Assembly (NCBI GenBank): GCA_009859145.1 | Contig: VRVR01000044.1 | Location: forward strand, 62,001-126,000 | Length of the DNA: 64,000 bases | Direction of reading: 5' to 3' | From: Andalucia godoyi And28 | Taxonomy: Eukaryota > Protista > Jakobida | Shown here: positions 20,953-30,300 of the stretch, piece by piece | How the letters are laid out: every line of letters begins with the position of its first letter | Position numbering within the stretch: the stretch's first letter is position 1 | Made by a program: the position numbers and the translations under genes | Notes under the pieces: generated by a model | What the model was told of the DNA's origin: nothing | Database searches by the model: none | What the model saw: only the letters and a program-made list of their open reading frames with translations

Positions 20953-23900
20953 GTGGCGTGGATGGTCCTGAAGAGGCTTGTGGACTATGCAGTTCTGTGT
21001 GGGCCAGGGCCTGTGCTTATTCCTTCGACGCAAGTAGACCTTGGATGTGCGTTAGAGAAGTGCATATTCCAGCCTGTGCAGACGGACCGGTATCCAAAGA
21101 CGGACTTCAAAGAGTCTCCGCTTCCAGATACCGTGCCGATGTTTTGCTTTCCGCTCGGCATTTCCCTCAGGACGGGTCCGCGCAGCCGCAGGTCGCACAT
21201 GTTTGTCCTGACGTCGGCGGATGGCACAAAGCTGTATGCAAGCTCGGTGGTCGTTGATGTGTGTCTCGCGGTCGACCAGGCGTTCGCGAATGTCGTGTTT
21301 CAGCACGACGACGATATCAAGCAGCTTGTCGTCGTTGGATGCGCTGCAGAGGACCAGAGATCTGGAGGAACTGGGGGAGGAGCAGGAGCAGGAGGAGTGG
21401 CGGCAGTGCAACAGATCAAGGTGCGGGGCAAGTCAAACAAGGTGTGGGCGCAGAGGTGCCTGTGTCTGATATCGCACTATGACTTTTCGGCACAGTTTGG
21501 CAAAGTCCTGGAACTTATTGCGGCGAGGTTTGTTACCGCAGGACACCTGTTCGGAGCTTCGCAGCTTGGGGCGACGGAAAAGAACGTGAATGCGATGCTC
21601 ATGCAGCTCAAGCTGGAAGAGATTCTTCGGCACCTCATGCGGGAGCTGCCACTTCCGCCATATGGAAAGATCATTGTGGAGTCTCAGTTGTTCGACTCCG
21701 TGGCATTCAGTCTACCCGCTCCGAATTACTTGGACGACTGCAGAATGGACTCGCTAACTTCTCACTTGGATCTGAACTCGATGCTCTGTATTTTTCAGTG
21801 CATTCTGCTCGAGCAAAAGATCGTCCTATGCCACCCCGATTCCCGTGTGCTCTGCCAAATGTCTCAGGGATTCGTCGATTGCATATTCCCGTTACACTGG
21901 TGCCACGTGTTCATTCCGTGTCTTCCGCTATCTCTGACAGACTTCTTGCATGCCCCCGTTCCTTTCATTATCGGAATGCCCATCGAAATCGCTGCTTCGT
22001 CCGTTGCGCCAAATAAGATTTGCGCCGCATCGGGAATGGATCTAGGAGAGTTCTCGGATTCGTGTGTCCTTGTGGACTGCTGTCACTCCAAGGTGTTCAT
22101 GTCGGCCGAGATCGAACGGTCACTCTCTCCGCTACCCCATCAAAAGGAGAAGCTGCGACAGGCTCTCAAGAATTCCGCAGGGTCCAGAGACGTGCGCTCT
22201 GCTTTCTTTCGTTTCTGGGTCTCCTTGCTTTTAGATTACCGATCGTGTCTCATTTCCAATCCAAATGCTGTGTCGGCCTCAGCATCCCACCTCGACTTCA
22301 TTTCAAAGAGTAAGACTACATCATTTTCGGGCACCGATGCGAGCAACCACAGGACATCGTTTGTTGGCGGTGGCGGCGGTGGTGGTGCAGCAGCAACGCG
22401 ATCGGACTTGGACAAGAATTCCAGGGATGCTATTGTACACGAACGCCGAAGAACCATGGTTTCGTTTCCAGACGTCCAAAAAGTGCAGGACCAGGACTTT
22501 GATTCATTCGTCAATGAACAGAGTCTGCAGGATGAGGTTGAGATCATTGACGAATCGAATTCTGGTGTGAACTCGGAAGAAATGTATCATTTTGATCATG
22601 CTCGGTTTCTGAAGGAATCACCCGTCAGCGACCGGCCGTTCTTGATCAGTTTTTTCGATACGCAAGCATTTCACTTCTTCATTCAACAGAGGACGACTGC
22701 AAATAATGATCTGTCCACCTTGCACGAAATTGCGTTGTTTGATGAATCTATAGTTCAAAAACGCAATCGATCCAAGCTGAAGACTGTGAAGGAACCGACG
22801 CCGTTCCTTGATGACGTTTCATATCTCCGCCGCGAAAAGAAGATGTACCCGTACTTGTCATCGATGCTGGTGGGCAAGGACTCCAAGGAATCGAGGGAGA
22901 ACTTGGCAGACTCGTGGTCCACACAAGAGTCTCCTTTGGTTACACCTGGTTCGCTCATGTCGTCCCCGATGACAACACCAAATTCGTCACGTCCTCCTTC
23001 TCCAACGAATGATTCGTCGTCTGTTCCTGCTTCTGGGGGAGCTTCTGGTTCGTTTCCTCCTCTCAAGTTTTCCACCGAGTCGTTCGGGCGCGTGCAGTAT
23101 GTCAAGCCGCTGGTGGGAAGTGAAGAGGATGACGAGTCCACTCAGCTGAACAAACTCATTGCACAGGCGCATCGCAATCCGTTGCTCGAAAATCTTGTTT
23201 CCAATGCAATGATTTCGAAACAACAACGCGGTCTTCTTTCATTGCCGAGTATTCCCTCTGCAACGTTCATCCATGCTCCTTCCACGCCATCGGTTGCCGT
23301 CGACACGCCGTCTGCATTACCGAATTCCATAACATTTGCTGGAGGGCAGCGAAAGAGGGTGTATACGTCCAAACAGGTCAAGGAAGCAAAGAAGATTCAA
23401 TTGGCATTCTTGACTTTTCTGGCACGCCGGCGATTTTTGAAGATCAAGGTGATTGCAGCGAACCTGCAGAGCAGGGTCAAATGCCACCGTGCCAGGAAAT
23501 CGTTCTTGCACTTTCGAGCAAGTGCGATCACTATCCAGTCATGGTGGAGGATGGTCCTTTTTCGACGGGCGTTCCTCGACAAGAAGCAGTCAGCACTGTT
23601 GCTTCAGCGTGTATTTCGAGGCACTTCCTGCCGCCATCGCGTGGCGAGGGACTGTATTCAGCCTTGTCTGCATGCACTGCTGCGAGTCTTTTGTTCGCTT
23701 CCGTTGCCTGCTGTCTCAGCTGCCAAGTTTGCGAGGGAAGCCGGCGCGAGCTTGCGCATATGGAGCACAATGAATTTGCGATTTCCAGCTCTGCAAGGCG
23801 CGTTGCTGGATGTTGCATCGCAGAATAAGATGGTACATTCTCTTGTGAAGCAGTTTTCTAGTACGCCTGCTGTGGATGCAGCGGCAGCAAAGAAGAGCAT

Positions 23901-24165
23901 GCACCAGTTGCGGCAAAAGGAAAAGCGCGCGTTGTACCCGCTTCTCAAGAAGCATGCCACGCGACAGGTTCTCGACAGCCTTTTCAAAGAATTCGGAATT
24001 GACGTCAATGGGAAGCGTAGAAAGCGCCTGCTGATCAAGTTCTTGTTCACACTGCGCTCAGACGATCTTGCAAAGTCTCTGTTTTACGTCCAGCAGTCTG
24101 AAAAGGTTGTTGCTTGGATTCTTGCATTACCAAACTCCTTGCCGCAGTGGACAGACTGTTTGTAA
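20953..24165 (+). CDS. DENN-domain Rab GEF with four IQ motifs and a C-terminal NACK/DUF3490-like domain
   Basis: uDENN (VPMFCFPLG, MFVLTSADGTKLY), DENN (ILLEQKIVL, WCHVFIPCLP..L.DFLHAPVPFIIG) and dDENN (FLISFFDTQAFHFFI). IQ-like repeats follow (KIQLAF, NLQSRV, TIQSWWR, LLQRVFRG). Confidence 0.9.
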   Translation: MAWMVLKRLVDYAVLCGPGPVLIPSTQVDLGCALEKCIFQPVQTDRYPKTDFKESPLPDTVPMFCFPLGISLRTGPRSRRSHMFVLTSADGTKLYASSVVVDVCLAVDQAFANVVFQHDDDIKQLVVVGCAAEDQRSGGTGGGAGAGGVAAVQQIKVRGKSNKVWAQRCLCLISHYDFSAQFGKVLELIAARFVTAGHLFGASQLGATEKNVNAMLMQLKLEEILRHLMRELPLPPYGKIIVESQLFDSVAFSLPAPNYLDDCRMDSLTSHLDLNSMLCIFQCILLEQKIVLCHPDSRVLCQMSQGFVDCIFPLHWCHVFIPCLPLSLTDFLHAPVPFIIGMPIEIAASSVAPNKICAASGMDLGEFSDSCVLVDCCHSKVFMSAEIERSLSPLPHQKEKLRQALKNSAGSRDVRSAFFRFWVSLLLDYRSCLISNPNAVSASASHLDFISKSKTTSFSGTDASNHRTSFVGGGGGGGAAATRSDLDKNSRDAIVHERRRTMVSFPDVQKVQDQDFDSFVNEQSLQDEVEIIDESNSGVNSEEMYHFDHARFLKESPVSDRPFLISFFDTQAFHFFIQQRTTANNDLSTLHEIALFDESIVQKRNRSKLKTVKEPTPFLDDVSYLRREKKMYPYLSSMLVGKDSKESRENLADSWSTQESPLVTPGSLMSSPMTTPNSSRPPSPTNDSSSVPASGGASGSFPPLKFSTESFGRVQYVKPLVGSEEDDESTQLNKLIAQAHRNPLLENLVSNAMISKQQRGLLSLPSIPSATFIHAPSTPSVAVDTPSALPNSITFAGGQRKRVYTSKQVKEAKKIQLAFLTFLARRRFLKIKVIAANLQSRVKCHRARKSFLHFRASAITIQSWWRMVLFRRAFLDKKQSALLLQRVFRGTSCRHRVARDCIQPCLHALLRVFCSLPLPAVSAAKFAREAGASLRIWSTMNLRFPALQGALLDVASQNKMVHSLVKQFSSTPAVDAAAAKKSMHQLRQKEKRALYPLLKKHATRQVLDSLFKEFGIDVNGKRRKRLLIKFLFTLRSDDLAKSLFYVQQSEKVVAWILALPNSLPQWTDCL

Positions 24166-24339
24166 CCGCATGTCTTGCTGTTTTTATTGTTTTTACTACC
24201 ACTACTACTACTACTACTATTATTATTTTCTGTGTGTGTGCGTGTGTGCGTGTGCCCAGTCTGAGAGTGGTCCGCACCAGACGTTTCCTTCTGGTCCCGT
24301 GTTTTCTTGTAAATTACGATTTATTCCTCCAATGATTAT

Positions 24340-24645
24340 TCACAGACGTCGAGTCACGCACATGCGCTCAACCGCTGGCAAACAAGTTCGTCCTGCATGC
24401 AAAAACCAATGTTCCAACTTGGTATCCTCTCTTGATCCTACCTTGCCCCCGTACACCCAGACATTTCGGACAATGCTGTTATTTCGTTTGCCTTCTTTCC
24501 ATCCACGCCAGTCCATCGTCACTCCGATGTCCCGCGTCCCTGCCCGGCCCCGTCTGGATCGAGATTGGAAGATGATGCGTGCTGCATCGATTTGAAGAAC
24601 GCTTTGGTGTACTGGGATCTGCCCCTTTTTCTGAATGGAATTCAC
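24340..24645 (-). CDS. Possible small (probably spliced) hypothetical gene
   Basis: Protein-like ORF (DWRGWKEGKRNNSIVRNVWVYGG...LEHWFLH). Candidate splice signals lie upstream on the minus strand (GTAAGC near 24805). The structure is unresolved. Confidence 0.25.
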   Translation of the reverse strand: MNSIQKKGQIPVHQSVLQIDAARIIFQSRSRRGRAGTRDIGVTMDWRGWKEGKRNNSIVRNVWVYGGKVGSREDTKLEHWFLHAGRTCLPAVERMCVTRRL

Positions 24646-25277
24646 ATTCGGGTCCGATGCAGGAATGCATATAAGGATGGTCCGCGGTGATTAACCGCTG
24701 AATGATAACACATCATTGTCATGCATACGGGGGAGTATACATAAACAGACACGGTCAATGCTGGCCGACACTAGCACGTTTGTTTCACAGGAAATTCGTG
24801 CTTACGCGTAGCCATCTACCATTCGTTCAGCGCAGTGCCAAGAGGCGAACTTCCAAGACACGATCTCCAATCCGCGTTCGTAGTACAGAAAGGAAAAAAA
24901 ACGCGTGACAATATCCCCTATCACATCCCGTCAACTAGCCCATTTACGGCGTTCGGCTTTTTTTGGAGACGTTAAAGCGTTATTCACAGTTTCTCTCTGA
25001 TATTTGTTGATCTGCAGATTTCTGTTTTACTTTGACGTTTTCGGTTTTTTTTGTTTAATTGTTGTTGGGTTTTTTTCCTTCTCTTTTTCCATTTCTTTTC
25101 ATATTTTTTTTCATAACTATCTATTAATTATTTCCTTATTTATTTATTTAGCTTGCATTACTTGTTGGCTTCCGTTTTGTCTTTTTTGGTTTGTGCGGGT
25201 GCTGCTTCTCTAGTGCCCAGTGCTGCATTCCGTTAGATTACCGAGTTGCCGACTGTAGTTACATCTGTGTGGACAAA

Positions 25278-27203
25278 ATGTCGACTGTACTACGGCCGCG
25301 GTCAGCTGCAACTGCTGTCGGCGCAGGAATGCAACGTTCCGGGTCTGCGCAGTCGGTTGCGTCGTCCTCGGGGAACACGTCTCCGCGCGGTCCGGCGTAC
25401 GACCCGAACGTAACTCTAGATCAGCGGTACCGCAAGCAGTGCAAAGACAAGAAGTTGGCGCTGTATGCGCCTTATCTCGACGCGATCGCACCGCTGGCCA
25501 CAGATGCGACAGCGCCTCTTCTTGTTGATTTTCCAATGGACAAGCTGAAGATGGAGGAGCAGTTTATCCCGTGCTTGGACGGGCTTCGGATTGCCTGTTT
25601 GCGACGCGGAATTAAGATTCCTATGATCAGAATGCGGTTCGGAAGCCCGGATCCGGGGCTGCGAAGCCGGGACGCTGCGGCACTGCCGAAGTCGCTGTTG
25701 GAGACGAACGCTGCGTTTGCAAAAAAGGTGTTTTCCGTGCTTGCGGAAGTGCTCGCGGCGCCTTCTGTTGTGCAGAGTCTGTCGCTGCTCGATCTCTCGG
25801 GTCTCCATCTCACTGTGGAGTACTGCGAAATGATTGCTCCTGCGCTGTGCAGACTCCAGCATCTGAAAGAGCTGGTCTTAATGAACTGCCGGTTAAGCGA
25901 CGATGCGTTCTCTCGCATTGCAAGCGCGCTGAAGAAGAACATGGCGATCGAAAAGGTCAACGTGGCCCACAACATCCTCACAGATGTCTCTGCAGAGACG
26001 CTTGTCGACGCTCTGCGCTACCAACGCATCCACAAGGACGAGCAAACGTGGATGGAGTCGCTCAGAGACTATACCACTGGGAAGCCCGGGGCGGGAGCTG
26101 GGGCAGTTGCAAATTCTCAAAATGCGGTGGTCGGATTCCATGGTGGGCTTCAGATGGGGCTGCAGTCGCTTTGCATGAAGGATAATGAACTGAGCGACCG
26201 AAGTGCAGACTTGTTCTGTGAGTTTCTGGAAGACGATGCGTACTTGGAGTCGCTGGACATTTCCGATAACCCGCGGATCGGCAGAAGAGCTGTGCTGCGG
26301 TTGCTGTACTGCTTGACTGAAATTAACAAGACTCTCATGATATGCGACTTGTCGGATCTGCCAGTGTGGAACGCGGTGACGTCGCAAGTGCTGAAGGCAA
26401 AGTTCAAGCCGAAGAAGGACGATGCTGACGGAGAAGTTCCGGGCGCGGACGACGAAATCGCACTACTTAATCATCCCATGATCCGTTCGATGTGGGCGCC
26501 CTCCAAGCGCGTATTCATGCGGCAGTACGGATCCGAGTCGCGAACAGAAATGGTGCGGTCGCTGACTCAGATCTCTAGACTTCTTCAAGAGCAGCAGGAA
26601 CAAGCCACAGCGTCAAAGCGGTCTGCGACCGTCATTCCTGCAGTGTCCAGAATTCAGTCGCAGACTCTATGGGGTCACAACAACGACAATCGTGGGAAGA
26701 CGAGTGCGAGTGCACTGAGCAGTCCACGAAGCCCACGAAACACAATCACCACCACTCCGCGCGCTGGACAATCTGCAAAGCACGATCAAATTGCGGATGC
26801 TCAAGACGTCGTCTCAGAAGGCGGTCTGTCGGACGATGAGAATGCGGATGCAGAAGTGCAGAAGATCAACAGCCAGGCAAACGGAGAGCGCGAGAGCGAG
26901 CTCATGGATATCTTGGAACATACAATCAACATGTTCCACAAGTTCTTGGACGACATTGAAAAGCAAAAATCAATTTCTGCTTCTCGAAACCCAAGCCCAA
27001 GAAAGAAGGTGGTTAAGAGGGTCGTCAAGAGAAAGGTCCCTAGAAATGGGCCAAAGAGCGCGGACAACGATGCTGCGCTTACGGATACTGGCTCTACTTT
27101 TGTCAAGGCGGCGAATGGCCCGCAGCAAAAGCCTTCGGATCTCGATGAACTGCGATCGCGTGCGACAGAAATTCTTGACACGTCGGAGTCCTCTGGCGTG
27201 TGA
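25278..27203 (+). CDS. CEP78: Centrosomal protein 78-like LRR protein
   Basis: RNI-like LRRs plus LRYQRIHKDEQTWMESLRDY, matching the CEP78 signature LKYQ...EETWAESLRY, and a CEP78-like N-terminus (Y...C......LDF..D.L). Confidence 0.8.
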   Translation: MSTVLRPRSAATAVGAGMQRSGSAQSVASSSGNTSPRGPAYDPNVTLDQRYRKQCKDKKLALYAPYLDAIAPLATDATAPLLVDFPMDKLKMEEQFIPCLDGLRIACLRRGIKIPMIRMRFGSPDPGLRSRDAAALPKSLLETNAAFAKKVFSVLAEVLAAPSVVQSLSLLDLSGLHLTVEYCEMIAPALCRLQHLKELVLMNCRLSDDAFSRIASALKKNMAIEKVNVAHNILTDVSAETLVDALRYQRIHKDEQTWMESLRDYTTGKPGAGAGAVANSQNAVVGFHGGLQMGLQSLCMKDNELSDRSADLFCEFLEDDAYLESLDISDNPRIGRRAVLRLLYCLTEINKTLMICDLSDLPVWNAVTSQVLKAKFKPKKDDADGEVPGADDEIALLNHPMIRSMWAPSKRVFMRQYGSESRTEMVRSLTQISRLLQEQQEQATASKRSATVIPAVSRIQSQTLWGHNNDNRGKTSASALSSPRSPRNTITTTPRAGQSAKHDQIADAQDVVSEGGLSDDENADAEVQKINSQANGERESELMDILEHTINMFHKFLDDIEKQKSISASRNPSPRKKVVKRVVKRKVPRNGPKSADNDAALTDTGSTFVKAANGPQQKPSDLDELRSRATEILDTSESSGV

Positions 27204-27342
27204 GAATGTGAGAACAGGGGATGTAGGCCTTTGCAGCAAACAATGAAAATGTATGATACGCACAACAATAACAACAAATGATGCAATAGTCGCAAAAATC
27301 CGGTCGGGAAAGAAGACGGAAAAAAAGAAAAAGAAGACCAAT

Positions 27343-30300
27343 TTACAGATTGCTATTGGTACTGTCAACCACAACGACGGGGCCTTCGTCTTCCCAGTCA
27401 AGGAATGTACTTGCAATGGTTGAATCGACAGCATTTCTATCCGGAATAAAGGGCCACCGACGCAGCACCCTGGAATGGTCGATCACGGCAGAACAAAGCT
27501 CCGGAATTCGGGAAGCATGGATCTTGCGAATGTCCAGGCACGGATGACGAATCACAGGGGAGAGCACAGAGGCCGGTCCATCGCTGGCAGCATCCAGATC
27601 CAGCGTAGGAGTGTGCTTACCAGCAAAGCGAAGCAGATACGGCAAGAACTTCGGCGTGCCGTTGGCGTCAGCAGAGAAGGCTGCATGTCCTATAAAGATG
27701 CCTTCGAAGGGGAAGAAATCTTCGGGAACCAGCAGCATCGCAGTATCCAGCAGCAGCAACGATTCTTGAAGCACTTTTTTCTCGGATACACCCAGTGCAC
27801 GCTTAGATTCCGACGCCTGCAGTGCGGATTCGAATACGCGCGTTATCTCAGAAAGGATTGTCGGCCAAAATGATATCACATGCTGGGGTGAAAACCGCGC
27901 GAGCACCACACGGAAACAGAACATCACAGCGCGGGAAATAACATCGTAACTCGAATCATAGCTCACAGCACCCGAAGATTCCACATCGGGGGAAACATCA
28001 TCGTCCGCATCGAAGTTCGGCGTCGAGTTATCTCGAGAAAGGATTGGAGCCTCGGGATCCGGAGACTCCCTGGATTCCTTGTCAGAGAGCAGTCCACTGA
28101 ACAGCGAAGACGATGAACCGTGTCCACCCGACGCCACGCGTAGCGATTCGACTAGCTTCTCAAACACCACCGGCAACAAAGAGGTGTATCGATCAATACG
28201 CGATGAGAAGAGCAGAAATGCCATTTTCAAGAGGAACTTGACACGCTGCGCAGGGGAAACTTGTGAAAATGGGTTTGGAATCCCTCCAGGTACAACACCG
28301 CCAGGAGCATTAACAACTCCCATAGTGGGGGCCCTCCCTAAGAAGTCACTCATCAGAGTCCGCTCATTCGTGCAAAGAAAGTCCAAATACGCAGCCCAGT
28401 CAAGGATGCTCGAGACATTCGGAGAGCAGGTCGCGATCTTCTCCGGAACCCGATATCCCGTAAATCGCGAAAAAAACATTGGGTCCTTCTCAAAAACATC
28501 GAAAACCTCCTTTCGCGGGACAATTAGCATTGAAAAAAAGGCGATGAACGTCGGTGAATACTCGTCAGGATTCGCTCTCCAATAGGCAATGATCGAAGAG
28601 ACGTCTGGAGAAATAGGGCAACGCGCGGACCAAGGAACCAGTGCGTAAGAAGTATTGGTATACAATGTGTACGAACCGGTGGCCCTGAACCGAAGTTCCG
28701 AAAGCGATGAGCTGTTGCCGGACGGAGAAGAGGCCAGTGCATTCAGATCTCCAGAGGAGGCCACAGCAGGGGAGGATCCAGACCCAGAGTACGATGCAGA
28801 CACAAAACACAGTGCAGAACACAAACGCGCAGTGAAATCCGCGAGTTCCACAATTTGATGATGTGAACGTGGATTCCGAACCGCGGATGCGACAGCAGAA
28901 TCGGAGATCTTTTGGAAGGTTTCTAAAAGCTCTCTCGTGAGAATCGCGTCAGAAGATGAAGTGAACGACGAGGCAGACTCTGCGTGAGACATTGACAGCT
29001 GAGAAGAGCGAGTAGCAGACTTTCGTGAAGACGACGTCACCCCGGAGCCCGAAACAGAGTGTTGGAGCCCAAGCAGCTGTGACTGTTGATTTTGGGCTTG
29101 AAGGCACAGCGAAGCGAGGGAGACGCATCGAAGGAACCTCGTGTAAAAGATCGGTGACGGCACGTTCGACAGAAAGGAAGAAATGTCCCGCAGCATGTTT
29201 GAAAACAAACTGGACGAGAAGAACGACAATGTCAGCGGCGAAGGAGCATCCGGGCTTACCGCCTCTTGCAGCCATTCCGCAACAATGTACAGCAGATCCT
29301 CAGTTCCAATCATCGTGTTGATGTGGACGAATGCTCGAAACAAACCAGGACACACAGATGAAGACGAGACAAGAGGATTCGGAGGTACAAGCGACTTCGT
29401 CTGCGAGACCTGAGAAGACAACACGAACAGCAAATGGAAGAGATCCACGTTCTCAATGCCATCACAGGCTGCAGAAGGCGGCTCCCATGCAGAGACGGAA
29501 GGTCGCTGCAGTAAAGACCGCCCGAATTCCCGAACATCCTCTTGCTGAGGATTTGCAAGAGCAGCAGAGGTCAATGCACACGAAAAATGAACAAGAGAGA
29601 ACAAATGGAGCAAATACTGTGAAACTGGAAAGCGGACGAACTGCACCAAATAATTTAACACGTCACGCAAAGGGAGTTTGGATGCAACGCGTAAGATTGC
29701 CAGATTAAGTGCGCCGGTGCTCAAAACTGGATAGCTTACATACAGTGAGTGCATGAATTCACGGACCACGGCAACGGAAGACTTCTTCAACAGCAAAGGC
29801 TCTAGCACCGTGGACAGCAAACTGAACAAGACAAAATGCGACTCCTCCAAAGGTGTATTAAGATACGTATCCTTCGAAATTGGTGTAGCACTCTCGATGG
29901 GAACAGGGGATAAAAAGACATCTCGCACGAATCCCGCAAACAACCGAAACGGAGCGGTGATCGTGGACGGTGAAAACGACAAGCCACTGGAAGTAGAGAC
30001 CTGGGAAGCAACGAGCAGCGAAGGCGACGAAAAGGTGTAGGACGGGTACAGCCGAGACAATCGTTCAACGTACGGAGAGAGGCCCTTCTTCATCAAGAAC
30101 TTCCTGACAATAGACTTCTGATCCGAAGGCATGAGAATAGCAGAGGAATTGAGAGAAGTCGCAGAAGACGCATTCACAAGCAGCGAAGAGGGGACGCACC
30201 ACAGTAGAATGTCGAGAACCGTTACAAGCACTTGCGCAAAGACTTCGTCGCAATCAGACAAGGATTCCAATAGCATTGACAGGCGCGGAATCAAGGCACT

